Assembly: GCA_964483665.1 (NCBI GenBank)
Contig: CAZACP010000004.1
Span: forward strand, 7,399 to 71,398
DNA length: 64,000 nucleotides
Origin: an uncultured Candidatus Saccharibacteria bacterium
GTDB taxonomy: Bacteria > Patescibacteriota > Doudnabacteria > UBA920
Reading direction: 5' to 3'
Positions 28,831 through 39,533 of the stretch are shown here, piece by piece (the stretch's first letter is position 1; each line of letters opens with the position of its first letter). Position numbers and translations under genes: made by a program. The notes beneath the pieces are model-generated. The model had not been told where the DNA came from and did no database searches. It worked only from the letters and a program-made list of their open reading frames with translations.

Positions 28831-28982
28831 TTTGTTTTGATTTTTAGTTTAAAATCTAATTTATTATAAAATAGATTTAACCTTTAAGCAAGATACTTGC
28901 GCTGTGGAAAAGTAAAATAAAATAAATGAGCAAAAATGACAAAAATATAAGTACAGATGCATCTAAGTTTTTGTCATTTATT

Positions 28983-29990
28983 TTATCTGACGCTCAATAT
29001 ACTTCTCTTATAGCTGTCTAAATTATCTAAAGCAACGCCGGTTCCTTTTGCAACGCAAAGCAGCGCTTCTTCAGCCACATAGCACGGTACACCCACGCTT
29101 TGGCTAATATACTTATCTAAGTTTCTTAAAAGCGCGCTGCCGCCCGTCATAACCATACCTTTTTCTATAATGTCCGAAGCCAGCTCCGGCGGCGTGTCCT
29201 GCAAAACTATTTTTACAGCTTTGGCTATTTCATATAATTCCTCTCCTAACGCGTCAACAATCTCGTTGGTAGAAACATTTACAGTTTTGGGGAGTCCGGT
29301 TACCATATCGCGCCCTTTTATTTCCATAATTTCTTCTTCTTTAACCGGCAAAGCGCTGCCAATATTTATTTTTATTTCTTCGGCGGTTCGGTCGCCAATA
29401 GCTATGCCCTGTTTTTTTCTAACATATTCCACAATCGCCTGGTCGAGCTTGCTGCCCGCAACTCTGACCGAGGTAGAATTCACTATCCCGCCCAAAGACA
29501 AAACAGCCACGTCAGTAGTACCGCCGCCAATGTCTATAATTAAATTTCCTCTTGCTTCAGAAATAGGAATACCCGCGCCAATGGCCGCGGCAACTGTTTC
29601 CTTAATAACATACGCAGCCCTAGCCCCGGCCGCCTGCGCTGCTTCTATAACCGCTCTTCGTTCTGTAGAGGTAATGCCTCCGGGAACCGATATCATAACT
29701 TCGGGTCTGAAAAACCTTACCTTGCCCAAAGCCTTGTTTATAAAATAGCGCAGCATAGCCTCGGTTACCCTATAGTCGGCAATAACCCCGTCTTTCATAG
29801 GCCTGGACGCAACTATGGTTTCCGGCGTTCTGCCAAGCATGTCTTTTGCTTCCTGGCCCACTGCCAAAACCTTATTGTCAGCCAAAGAAATTGCCACAAC
29901 TGTTGGTTCGTTTATAATTATGCCTTTTTTGGGCAAATAAACGAGGGTATTTGCAGTTCCCAAGTCTATGCCGATTTTTGATTCAAACAT
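28983..29990 (-). CDS. mreB: rod shape-determining protein MreB
   Basis: IGIDLGTANT, DIGGGTT, TGGSALL. Confidence 0.97.
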   Translation of the reverse strand: MFESKIGIDLGTANTLVYLPKKGIIINEPTVVAISLADNKVLAVGQEAKDMLGRTPETIVASRPMKDGVIADYRVTEAMLRYFINKALGKVRFFRPEVMISVPGGITSTERRAVIEAAQAAGARAAYVIKETVAAAIGAGIPISEARGNLIIDIGGGTTDVAVLSLGGIVNSTSVRVAGSKLDQAIVEYVRKKQGIAIGDRTAEEIKINIGSALPVKEEEIMEIKGRDMVTGLPKTVNVSTNEIVDALGEELYEIAKAVKIVLQDTPPELASDIIEKGMVMTGGSALLRNLDKYISQSVGVPCYVAEEALLCVAKGTGVALDNLDSYKRSILSVR

Positions 29991-30207
29991 AAGTTAAATG
30001 ACAAAAATGACATAAATGAGCAAAACGGCATTCTCTGAAACACTTTATAGTATGCCTTCCCGAATGAAATGAGGGATCCCTCGCTGTGCTCGGGACGATA
30101 CTTAGTACCGTTTTTTTGCTCAATTTTGTCATTACTCTGACTATCGTACCATATAATACAAAAACTCGGCAATTGATACAACTAAGCACTTAATGTAGAA
30201 TATTCTT

Positions 30208-31497
30208 ATGACAAAACGTTCCCGATATTTGCTAATTGTCTTTTGTGTTGTTTTGTTTGCAATTTTGGCCCCATTAACTATTTTTTATAGTATGGGTCTT
30301 AGTTTTGATTGGCAAAAAAAATCTTTAACTAAAACCGGAATTTTGGCTTTTTTCACAGAGCCCAAAGAGCCAAAAGTTTTTCTTGACGGCAAGGAAGTAG
30401 AACAGCCCGTAAGCACCTTACGCTTTTTAAAACCCAAAGATTATACATTAAAATTTGAATTACCCGGGTACTGCTCTTGGCAAAAACGGCTGCCGGTTAA
30501 TCCGGAACAAGTCACCTGGGTAAGTCCGTTTGATAGCAAAATTTATTTGCTCAAATCTGCGCCCAACACAAATGTTTTAGCCACAGGTACGGAAGATTTT
30601 TTTTACAAAGAAAATTACGTTTTTGCAGCAAAAACAAATTCATTAAGCGTTATTTCAACAAAAAATTTTGCAGAAAAAAAATTCCCGCTTGAAGGAAAAT
30701 TGCGCTATATAACTCCCTTAAACACCAGCTCTGACTTTTTATTGGAACTTAAGTTAACCGCTTCAACTTCAACTTTTTCTGTATTTAACCAAACCTTGGG
30801 CACTCTAAACAAAATACCAGGTGACTTTTCTACGGAAACCAAAATTTTTACCCATAACAACGACTATTTAGTTTTTGAAAAAAATATTCTTTATAGCTTA
30901 GAACCCAAAAGCGGAGAAAAAAAAGTTTTGTTAAAAAATGTTTTAGATTTCGTAATCTTATTTTCAGACGGTTACATTTTAACTAAAGGAGATAATTCTT
31001 CAGTATTATATAATTTTCCCCTAAACAACATTGGTCAAATAAACGAACTGGCAAAACTTCAGTCTTTTTCAAAAGCGAAAATTTTTGTAACTGAAGAAAA
31101 ACAAATTTTTATTTTGGCTGACAAAAAACTTTACGAGTTAGGTTTACAAATAAAAAATATAGGCTCCGCTGAATTTGCCTATTTTGAACAAACAAGCCCA
31201 AACTTAATATATTTTGGACAAGGTGAAACTTTTTTCTTTGACTTTTCCTCAAACCAGCAAAAACTGATTTCAAGGACAAGTGAAAAAATCACCAACCTGT
31301 TACTAGCTAGCAATTTGGGTTATGCTATTTTACAAAAAGGACAAAAAATTGAAGCCTTAGAGTTAGATACCCGTGACGCGCAAAATAACTGTGTTTTGTA
31401 CCAGGGGCAAAATATAATAAAAATATTTCCCGACGAAGACAATCACCGCTTATTTGTATTGGACGGGAACGAATTAAAAATGCTGGAAATAAGATGA
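30208..31497 (+). CDS. membrane-anchored protein with PEGA-like domain and probable beta-propeller
   Basis: TM, TGILAFFTEPKEPKVFLDGK...LPGYCSWQKRL. Confidence 0.75.
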   Translation: MTKRSRYLLIVFCVVLFAILAPLTIFYSMGLSFDWQKKSLTKTGILAFFTEPKEPKVFLDGKEVEQPVSTLRFLKPKDYTLKFELPGYCSWQKRLPVNPEQVTWVSPFDSKIYLLKSAPNTNVLATGTEDFFYKENYVFAAKTNSLSVISTKNFAEKKFPLEGKLRYITPLNTSSDFLLELKLTASTSTFSVFNQTLGTLNKIPGDFSTETKIFTHNNDYLVFEKNILYSLEPKSGEKKVLLKNVLDFVILFSDGYILTKGDNSSVLYNFPLNNIGQINELAKLQSFSKAKIFVTEEKQIFILADKKLYELGLQIKNIGSAEFAYFEQTSPNLIYFGQGETFFFDFSSNQQKLISRTSEKITNLLLASNLGYAILQKGQKIEALELDTRDAQNNCVLYQGQNIIKIFPDEDNHRLFVLDGNELKMLEIR

Positions 31498-31502
31498 GTC
31501 AG

Positions 31503-31943
31503 CTAATTTAATTTTGTCATTTCAAGGTCTATTGCTTCATTTACTAGTCTGTCGGCGTCTGAATTTTGGACTCTAGGAACGTGGATGAAATTTACGTTTG
31601 CAAAATTTTTACAAAGTTTTAATACCGTTTCAGCCAGGGGTTTAAGCCCCTGGTCTTTTATTTTATAACGGCCCTGCATTTGCCTGACTATTAACTCACT
31701 ATCCATTCGGATTTCTAGGCTCGCCTTTTCGTTTGAAATTTGAAACTTGTCATTTGAAATTTTAATTGCTTCTTCCAACGCCAAAATCAGAGCCCTATAT
31801 TCCGCCTGGTTATTGGTAGTTTCTCCGATATATTTTTTAAATTCAGCGGTTATTAACCCTTGTTCATTTTTAAAAACCACACCGATCCCCGAAGGGCCTG
31901 GATTCCCCCTAGAGCCGCCATCTGTGTTGATTATTAGTTTCAT
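31503..31943 (-). CDS. rnhA: ribonuclease HI family protein
   Basis: TDGGSRGNPG, TNNQAEY, DSELIV, NSDADRL. Confidence 0.92.
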   Translation of the reverse strand: MKLIINTDGGSRGNPGPSGIGVVFKNEQGLITAEFKKYIGETTNNQAEYRALILALEEAIKISNDKFQISNEKASLEIRMDSELIVRQMQGRYKIKDQGLKPLAETVLKLCKNFANVNFIHVPRVQNSDADRLVNEAIDLEMTKLN

Positions 31944-32018
31944 AAAATTTATTTGTATATACTAACATTCTATCATCCTAACACAAGCAAAATACCCCGT
32001 TGTTAAAATGTTAAAAAG

Positions 32019-33746
32019 TTAAGATGATAACTGCCTAATATCTATAATTCTTAACTTTAATTGCTTATTCCCGTTCCATTCATCTTGCAATAATTCACAG
32101 GCTAAATCTAACTCTTGGCCTATTTGTAAACTGCTGTCTTTAGGCCCAAAATTAAAAGCGATGCAGGAAATTTGTCTGTTGCCTAAAGAAATTTTCATTT
32201 GCAAATGCTGTGCTTTTTGTCCCACAGCCCGCTTACTTAATATTTTAGCATTTTTCAGCAAAAATTTTGGTTTCGGGTTGCCAACCCCAAAAGGCTCTAA
32301 GGAAGCAATCAAGTTGTAAGTTGTAAGTTGTAAGTCTTCGGAGGAAAGTTCTGCGTCAATATTTAAAACAGGCCCGTCATCTTCTTCCATATTCTTTTCC
32401 GCAAAATCCAAAACGCTTTGGTAAAATATTTCAAAATTTTCCGTTTGCAAGGTAAGCCCCGCCGCCTGCTTATGCCCGCCATAGCGGATTAAATGCTGGC
32501 CGGAATATTTTAAAGCCTCAACTACATTAAATTCCCCCGCGCTTCTGGCCGACCCGGTCGCTTCAAACTCCCCCTTCTCCAGCACAATTGTGGGTTTATA
32601 AAATTCTTCGGCTAATTTGCCCGCAACTAACCCCACAACGCCTTTATGCCAACTTTCCCCCATTAACACCAAAACCTTCCTGTGAAGTATTCCTTGGGCT
32701 TTTTCTCTCGCTTCGCTCATTATCCGCGCTGTTATTTCCTGCCTTCGCAAATTTATTTCTTCAATATTTTGAGCTTGAATTTTTGCCTTTAAGGGATCGT
32801 TTTCTAACAAAAGTTCCAGGGCAACATTAGCGTGTTCAAGCCTTCCAGCCGCGTTTATCCTTGGTGCAATTACAAAACCTAAGGAATAAGTATCCAGCGG
32901 CTGCTTTGCAGGATCCAGCTTTGCTAAATCCATTAAAGCCCTAAGCCCAACCCACTTTGTTTTAGCTAAAACTTTAAGGCCATACTTAACAAAAATTCTA
33001 TTCTCGCCTATAAGCTTATGACAGTCAGCCACTGTGCCTATAGCCACAAGGTCTAATAGCCACTTTTCCCACCCTTGGGATGATTTCGGATTTCGTCCGC
33101 CAGCTGGCGGATCGGATTTCGGATTTTGCAGCAATGCCTGAGCGAGTTTAAAAGCCACGCCGACCCCAACAATTTGGTCATCCGGATAATTATCGTCTTG
33201 ATTTTTAGGGTTTATAAGCGCTAAAGCGTTTGGTAAATTTCCAATAATTTCATGGTGGTCGGTAATAATTAAGTCTATGTTATTTTCCTTGCACCATTCT
33301 GCGGCATCTACAGAATTTGTGCCGCAGTCCACGGTAATTATTACTTTTGAACCATGTTCTTTAATTTTTTTTAAGGCGTCTAAATTTACCCCGTACCCTT
33401 CCAAAAAACGGTCGGGTATATAACTTTCACAGTCCGCGCCCAAATAATTAAAGGCTTGGCGCAAAACCGCATTAGCGGTTATGGCGTCTGCGTCATAGTC
33501 GCCGTAAATAGTAATTTTTTCTTTATTCTCTATTGCCTGCCATATCCTGTTAACGGCTTTTTCCATATCGCGGAATAAAAACGGGCTATTAAGCCCTGTA
33601 GTATAGTCCGCGTTAATAAATTTTTTTATTTCTTCCGGTTCCTTAAGGCCGCGATCAAAAAGCAATTGCCTTAAAAGGACCGGGTAATCTTTATAAACTT
33701 CTTCCAGTTCTGTCGGAATATTGGGTTTTAATTTCCAAATTTTCAT
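32019..33746 (-). CDS. recJ: ssDNA exonuclease RecJ
   Basis: GDYDADA, TVDCG, TDHH, PRINAAGR, GGHKQAAG. Confidence 0.97.
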   Translation of the reverse strand: MKIWKLKPNIPTELEEVYKDYPVLLRQLLFDRGLKEPEEIKKFINADYTTGLNSPFLFRDMEKAVNRIWQAIENKEKITIYGDYDADAITANAVLRQAFNYLGADCESYIPDRFLEGYGVNLDALKKIKEHGSKVIITVDCGTNSVDAAEWCKENNIDLIITDHHEIIGNLPNALALINPKNQDDNYPDDQIVGVGVAFKLAQALLQNPKSDPPAGGRNPKSSQGWEKWLLDLVAIGTVADCHKLIGENRIFVKYGLKVLAKTKWVGLRALMDLAKLDPAKQPLDTYSLGFVIAPRINAAGRLEHANVALELLLENDPLKAKIQAQNIEEINLRRQEITARIMSEAREKAQGILHRKVLVLMGESWHKGVVGLVAGKLAEEFYKPTIVLEKGEFEATGSARSAGEFNVVEALKYSGQHLIRYGGHKQAAGLTLQTENFEIFYQSVLDFAEKNMEEDDGPVLNIDAELSSEDLQLTTYNLIASLEPFGVGNPKPKFLLKNAKILSKRAVGQKAQHLQMKISLGNRQISCIAFNFGPKDSSLQIGQELDLACELLQDEWNGNKQLKLRIIDIRQLSS

Positions 33747-33749
33747 TGA

Positions 33750-33829
33750 GTAGTTGGTAGTTGGTAGTTGGTAGTTGGTAGCCCAAATTGCTCCGGCTAC
33801 TTACTACTTTACTACCTACTACTTACTAA
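33750..33829. repeat. inverted pair of five-unit heptamer arrays (GTAG/CTAC core); similar copy 62514-62592
   Basis: GTAG at 33750, 33757, 33764, 33771, 33778; CTA(C) at 33797, 33804, 33812, 33819, 33826. Confidence 0.85.
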
Positions 33830-35745
33830 AGTATTTCCAATAAATTTATGCCTGTCATTTCTTCCGGCTTAGGCAAGTCAAATAAAGCTAAAATAGTGGG
33901 CGCTACGTCTGAAATAACGCCATTTGGCATTTCGCCTGAGAGGCTTTCAAAATTAATCCCTAAGGGATTTTTAAACTTTAGACTATTACTTACAAAAAGG
34001 CAAGGCACCGGATTAGTGGTGTGGTCTTTGTCTATTTCCCCGGTTTGCGAAGAAATCATTTCTTCCACGTTGCCATGGTCAGCGGTTATTATTAAAGTTG
34101 CGTTACTTAAAAGCGCTGCGTCCATAACTTGCCGAAGAGATTGGTCAATAAACTCAACTGCTTTAATTGAGGCCTGTAAATTTCCGGTATGCCCTACCAT
34201 ATCGCAGTTAGCGTAATTGGCAACAAAAAAATTAGTGTTGGTTCCGGTAATTTTTTGGGTCAGTATGTCTGTTAACTCTTCCGCGGACATTTGCGGGCTG
34301 TCGGTATAGTTGCGGGCGTTGTTTGGACTGGTTACAATATGCCGCTCTTCTCCCGGGTAGGGGTCTGTTTTGCCGCAATTAAAAAAAGAAGTAACGTGGG
34401 CGTATTTTTCGCTTTCTGAAATATGAAACTGGGTATAACCGCTGTTAGACAATACTTCGGCTAAATTATTTTTTAAATCCATTGGGGGAAATGCAACATG
34501 GACCCCTTTTAAATTTTGGGAATATTCGGTCATTGTACAAAAGTACAAATTCTGCAAAACCGGGTGCCTAAATTCCGCCGGCACGTTTTGCGGCGCCACA
34601 AACATTTCGGTTAATTGGAGTGCTCTATCTTGGCGGAAATTAAAGAAAATAACCGCGTCATTTTCTTCTATTGTGGCCAACGGTTTTTGGTCAAAATTTG
34701 TTATTACCGTAGGCAGTATCATTTCATCAAAAATTTGCTTTTGGTAGCTTTGAGTAATTACATCTTCCGCTGAGGCGGCCATGGGACCCTTGCCATTGAC
34801 CAAAGCTTGATAGGTCATTTCAGTTTGGTTATAGTGCCCGCCTCTGTCCATGGTGTAAAACCTGCCGCCTAACGTGGCAACAGTTCCGACACCTATTCTG
34901 TTAATGCGCTCTTTAACTTTTTTAAGCTCATCCATCGCAACTCTTTCGGGCGTGTCGCGGCCGTCGGTAAACATATGTATAAAGACCCTATTTAAAACCA
35001 TTTCCGAACAGAGTCCCAAAATAGCGAACATATGTTCATCTAAGCTATGCACCCCGCCGTCTGAAACCAGTCCGAGCAAATGGAGTTTGGAATTATTTTT
35101 TTTGGCGTGCTCAACCGCACCCCGCAAAATGGGATTTTTAAAAAAATCGCCGTTTTGTATAGCCATGGTTATGCGGGGCAAATCTTCGCCCACAATCCTG
35201 CCGGCTCCAATATTTAAATGCCCGCTCTCGCTGTTGCCCATTTGTCCCCAAGGCAGGCCAACCAAGGGTCCGCTAGCCTGCAAGGTCAACGAAGGGAAAT
35301 TATTTACAATATGGTTTAAGGTTGGTGTTCTGGCCCTAAAAATCGCATTGCCGGTTGCGGGAGGAGCTACGCCAAAACCGTCTAAAATTACCAGAACAAC
35401 TTTTTTTAATTCTTTCTTATTCGAAGATGTTTGTTCTGGTTGCTGCTTTGTAAAAATTTCAGGTTCCTTTTGTAAGTTATGAGGGCGAGGTATCGGGGCA
35501 TTTGGCATGTTTGCAGCTAAAAAATTTTGGTCGTTATTGGCCTTTGGCCGCAATATTCTTTGTGGAATATTCGGAGCAATCACAGGTTTAAAAGGCTTGC
35601 TGCTTGGGGTTTGTAAATTTTTTTGAGGCAAAATGCCGGCCGGATTTTTCTTTTCCGCCTGTTTTTCTTCGCCATTCTTTGCAACAGAAAAAGGTAATCC
35701 CCCAATTTTATGCGGCCTTGGAATTTGTAAGCTGTCGTCAGACAT
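33826..35745 (-). CDS. gpmI: 2,3-BPG-independent phosphoglycerate mutase with long N-terminal extension
   Basis: LVILDGFG, GQMGNSESGH, DGRD, ESEKYAHVT, DMVGH, TADHGN. Confidence 0.95.
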   Translation of the reverse strand: MSDDSLQIPRPHKIGGLPFSVAKNGEEKQAEKKNPAGILPQKNLQTPSSKPFKPVIAPNIPQRILRPKANNDQNFLAANMPNAPIPRPHNLQKEPEIFTKQQPEQTSSNKKELKKVVLVILDGFGVAPPATGNAIFRARTPTLNHIVNNFPSLTLQASGPLVGLPWGQMGNSESGHLNIGAGRIVGEDLPRITMAIQNGDFFKNPILRGAVEHAKKNNSKLHLLGLVSDGGVHSLDEHMFAILGLCSEMVLNRVFIHMFTDGRDTPERVAMDELKKVKERINRIGVGTVATLGGRFYTMDRGGHYNQTEMTYQALVNGKGPMAASAEDVITQSYQKQIFDEMILPTVITNFDQKPLATIEENDAVIFFNFRQDRALQLTEMFVAPQNVPAEFRHPVLQNLYFCTMTEYSQNLKGVHVAFPPMDLKNNLAEVLSNSGYTQFHISESEKYAHVTSFFNCGKTDPYPGEERHIVTSPNNARNYTDSPQMSAEELTDILTQKITGTNTNFFVANYANCDMVGHTGNLQASIKAVEFIDQSLRQVMDAALLSNATLIITADHGNVEEMISSQTGEIDKDHTTNPVPCLFVSNSLKFKNPLGINFESLSGEMPNGVISDVAPTILALFDLPKPEEMTGINLLEIL

Positions 35746-35753
35746 TTTTTAGG

Positions 35754-37454
35754 CTATTTGCTTTTATTACTATTGCTTATAAAAAAGAGAGTTATTAACA
35801 AAATGCCGCCGTACAAGCCAATTTGGGCAATTGTCCACCCAAAAACTTTAGGCTGGCTCCCAGCCTGGTATAACAAAGCCGAAGCTAAGACAATAGCACC
35901 CAAAAGAGTACCGTAGCTATTAATTTTTGAATTCGCATTTAAAAGCCTTTCGTAATCAACAAGCTGCTGGGTATTAATTTCCATCCCAAAGCGCCCTCTT
36001 TCTATATTACTTATAATAGAAGACGAACTCGATGGCAGCCTTTTTATTAGATCTTCAATAATGATTGCCATATTTTGAGATTTGGATTGTAAATTCTTTA
36101 AAGAAAGCTTTCTTTTCACAATTCGCTGAAGAGTCGGTTTTTCCCATTCTTCCATTTTGAAATCATTACTCAGCTGTTTTACAACCACATCTAAAGTAAC
36201 AATTGCCTTACCCATCATAGTTAAATCTGTCGGTACTCTAATCCCATTCATAACTGCTATGTTCAACATTTGCGAAAAAAGTTTGGTAAAATTTCCCGAC
36301 TGACCAGACATGCCCGAAGACCACTGTAATATTAAAATATTCAGCTCTTTCCTTAAATTATTTATATTAACTAAATCTCCAACATTCTGTTCTTTTAAGC
36401 GTTCGTCATAATTTTCTTCCATTTTGATAAATAATTCCACCAGATTCTGGGTATCTTTTTGAATTAACGCCAAAAACATAGCTGACCCCAAAGCCGTTAA
36501 GCTTTCATCTAAAAATCCAACCATACCAAAATCTAAAAACAAAATCTTTTTATCGGGTAAAATAAAAATATTACCCGGATGCGGGTCTGCGTGAAAATAG
36601 CCATATTCAAAAAATTGTCTAATAAATGCGTCGGCAATATGTCTGGCAAGAAGTGTTTTTTCGTTTTGGGGATACTCACCATCTTTTATAACCTCAGACA
36701 ACTGCTTGCCCTCAACAAACTCCAAACAAAGCACGCTTGAAGAAGAATAATCCCAAAAAACTTTAGGGCCGTAAATATTTTTGTCTTTTTTAAAAAAATT
36801 GGAAAATATCTCGCAATTTGTAGCTTCTTTTCTGTAGTCAAGTTCATTTAGAGTCCAGCGCCTAAACTCCTGTACTGTTTCCATAATGTTAAAATTTTTT
36901 GCTTCCACGCTATACTTTTCCGCCAGGTGAGCCAAAGTTAATAGCACTTCGGTATCTAACATTATTTGCTCTTTAGCTTTTGGTCTTTGTACTTTTATCG
37001 CAACAATTTCTCCGGTATGTAACTGTGCCTTATATACCTGGCCCAAAGAAGCAGAGGCGAAAGGCTTTTCATCAAACTTTTTAAAAAGTTTTGTTAAAGG
37101 CTTTTCAAACTCCCTCTCAATAATTTCCACGGCTTTTTCATAAGCAAAAGGCGGAACTTTTGCCTGCAATTTTTCCAGCTGTTTAATAAAACTTTTAGGC
37201 AAAAAGTCAGAACGGGTACTTAAAATTTGCCCAAATTTAACAAATACTGGACCCAATGACTCCAATGCCAATCTAAAGTTTAAGGCCAAAACCAATTCTT
37301 CCTCTTCTTCTTTACCCCTAAACTTTTTTAAAGGATTTATGTGCTTTTTAAAACCGTAAGCGGAAATAACTCCTGCAAACCCTGCCTTAAAAAACACAAA
37401 AATTATGTGGTTTAACCTGACAATAACTCTTATTTTTTTAAAAAATTTAAACAT
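35754..37454 (-). CDS. UbiB/AarF (ABC1) atypical kinase
   Basis: LGPVFVKFGQILSTR, ASASLGQV, VAIKVQRP, FHADPHPGN, LDFGMVG. Confidence 0.93.
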   Translation of the reverse strand: MFKFFKKIRVIVRLNHIIFVFFKAGFAGVISAYGFKKHINPLKKFRGKEEEEELVLALNFRLALESLGPVFVKFGQILSTRSDFLPKSFIKQLEKLQAKVPPFAYEKAVEIIEREFEKPLTKLFKKFDEKPFASASLGQVYKAQLHTGEIVAIKVQRPKAKEQIMLDTEVLLTLAHLAEKYSVEAKNFNIMETVQEFRRWTLNELDYRKEATNCEIFSNFFKKDKNIYGPKVFWDYSSSSVLCLEFVEGKQLSEVIKDGEYPQNEKTLLARHIADAFIRQFFEYGYFHADPHPGNIFILPDKKILFLDFGMVGFLDESLTALGSAMFLALIQKDTQNLVELFIKMEENYDERLKEQNVGDLVNINNLRKELNILILQWSSGMSGQSGNFTKLFSQMLNIAVMNGIRVPTDLTMMGKAIVTLDVVVKQLSNDFKMEEWEKPTLQRIVKRKLSLKNLQSKSQNMAIIIEDLIKRLPSSSSSIISNIERGRFGMEINTQQLVDYERLLNANSKINSYGTLLGAIVLASALLYQAGSQPKVFGWTIAQIGLYGGILLITLFFISNSNKSK

Positions 37455-37455
37455 G

Positions 37456-38220
37456 TTACTTGAACAAAAAAATTGTTATGCCGTAAATTGCCCAGAAATA
37501 AAACCCCAATATGGAAAAAGGTATTATTACCAGAGGGGTAAAATGCCCGCCGTCAAAAGAAAAGGGCTTGTATTTCCAAAATTTTGTCCCCAAATTTCGC
37601 TCCAAAATTTTACCATAAAGGTATTCAAAAAAGCTGGCACTGATTCCTATTATTAACGCAAGCAGGATTAACCCCTCGGTAAAAAGAATTCCACTTACTG
37701 TTAACGCAAACATAAAAGGGAACAAAAATAACAGCTGATTTAACGGTCTTACTGTTTTAAATTTAAAGCTTCTTGGATGTAAAAACTCCATAACAACTCT
37801 CACCATAAATTGAAACGCTAGTCCGGCAAAAAAACATAAAATAAATATGTAGTAAAATATATCTGAGTTTAGACCGTTTAAACTAATTCCATATTGCGGA
37901 AAAATTTTTGAAAAAATGCTTATTACCCATAAACAAAAAAGACCTCCGGCACCCCATGGAATATAATTAATTCTTGCGGAATACGAATGGACAATACCCT
38001 GGACAGAATATTTATAAAGCGGCTGCTCATAAAAACTCATCCACCATTCCAAAAAAATTATTTCACCAAGCATACCAAACACACCAAAAAGACAAAAATA
38101 AACCATTGGCCAAATAGTTTTAGAGTCTATTGTCCACCAAATCGGAAAAATTAAAAGCAAGCTAACCAGCTTATAATACTTATTAACTGAAAAATTTTTG
38201 TGTTTATTTTGAATTGGCAT
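37456..38220 (-). CDS. polytopic membrane protein, possibly TMEM229/CmpB-like tandem domain
   Basis: two similar halves (GEI...PLYKY; EYLYGKILE...FWKY). Confidence 0.6.
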   Translation of the reverse strand: MPIQNKHKNFSVNKYYKLVSLLLIFPIWWTIDSKTIWPMVYFCLFGVFGMLGEIIFLEWWMSFYEQPLYKYSVQGIVHSYSARINYIPWGAGGLFCLWVISIFSKIFPQYGISLNGLNSDIFYYIFILCFFAGLAFQFMVRVVMEFLHPRSFKFKTVRPLNQLLFLFPFMFALTVSGILFTEGLILLALIIGISASFFEYLYGKILERNLGTKFWKYKPFSFDGGHFTPLVIIPFSILGFYFWAIYGITIFLFK

Positions 38221-38260
38221 TTTTATTTGTGTCAAGTTGTGTCAAGGGTCACCTTTGACA

Positions 38261-39478
38261 TTATTTTAATGCTTCTATTCCCGGCAGTTTTTTGCCGGCT
38301 AAGTATTCTAGCATAGCTCCGCCGCCTGTTGAGACGTGGTCTATATTTTCAAATTGGTGCGCTTGTCTTATAGCATCTACCGTATCTCCCCCGCCAGCGA
38401 CCACAAACGCTTTGCCTTTACCCCGACCACCAATAAGCCTAGCTAAAGCAAAAGTTGCATGGTGAAAAGGCTTTTTTTCAAAAAGCCCTAAGGGCCCGCT
38501 CCAAACTATGGTTTTAGCCGCTTTTATGTGTTTAGAAAACTCCAAAATAGTTTTTGGGCCGGCATCTAAAATTTGCTCATTTTCTCTTACCTCGTATGGG
38601 GCGCAGGAACGAATATTTTTTAATTCTTTATTTGCCACCACAACATCTACGGGTAAAACCAATTTGTTTTTATAATTCTTTGCTATTTGCATAGCGGTTT
38701 TCCTTTCGCCTTCCTCTACGCGGGAAATCCCTATTTCAAAACCCTTGGTTTGAAAAATTAAATTTGCCACTCCCCCGGAAACTAAAATTTTATCTGCCTT
38801 TTTGCCTAAATTTTCGAGTGCTCCCACTTTTTCTGAAAGTTTTATACCGCCGGTCATAACCACAAAGGGGCTTTTTGGGTGCCTAATAAGAGCGTCCAAA
38901 GACTTAATTTCCTTTTCTAAAAGAAGCCCGCAATATGAATTTAAATATTTTGTCACGCCCACTATAGAAGCCGCAGACCTATGGTCAACGCCAAAAGCGT
39001 CGTTTACATATACATCCGCTAAATTTGAAAGTTTTTTAGAAAATACCGGGTCGTTCTCTTCTTCCCCTTTATAAAATCTTAAGTTTTCTAAAAATACAAT
39101 GTCTTTTTCAGAAATTGCCTTTATTTGTTTTTGATGCTTGTCTTCCGTGATTTTTCCGGTGTAAAAAATTAAATGCCGTGCATGGTAATCCGGAACCCTA
39201 TGGTCTGTTTCAATGAATTTAAGTTCCAAAAAATCCGCCATTAGCTTTGCCGCCGGTTTTAGGCTGAATTCTTCATTCCATTTGCCCTTTGGCCTGCCCA
39301 AATGCCCGCAAACTATAACTTTATTTTTATTTTTTAGCAAATGTTTTATGGTTGGCACAACCTGCTCAATTCTAAAAGCGTCGGAAACTTTGCCGTTTTC
39401 TATAGGCACGTTAACGTCTACGCGCAAAAGAACAGTTTTGTTTTTAAGTGTTGATGTTTTAAGATATTTAATAGCCAT
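38261..39478 (-). CDS. pgk: phosphoglycerate kinase
   Basis: RVDVNVP, HLGRP, LENLRF, GGGDT, HVSTGGGA. Confidence 0.97.
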   Translation of the reverse strand: MAIKYLKTSTLKNKTVLLRVDVNVPIENGKVSDAFRIEQVVPTIKHLLKNKNKVIVCGHLGRPKGKWNEEFSLKPAAKLMADFLELKFIETDHRVPDYHARHLIFYTGKITEDKHQKQIKAISEKDIVFLENLRFYKGEEENDPVFSKKLSNLADVYVNDAFGVDHRSAASIVGVTKYLNSYCGLLLEKEIKSLDALIRHPKSPFVVMTGGIKLSEKVGALENLGKKADKILVSGGVANLIFQTKGFEIGISRVEEGERKTAMQIAKNYKNKLVLPVDVVVANKELKNIRSCAPYEVRENEQILDAGPKTILEFSKHIKAAKTIVWSGPLGLFEKKPFHHATFALARLIGGRGKGKAFVVAGGGDTVDAIRQAHQFENIDHVSTGGGAMLEYLAGKKLPGIEALK

Positions 39479-39533
39479 AAAACTACAAAACTACAGACAT
39501 ATACGAATCTACAGATACCTACAGAATCGTATA

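Noticed and set aside
33750-33829. Periodic repeats as a CRISPR array
   Set aside because: Units are 7 nt, there are no unique spacers and no cas genes.
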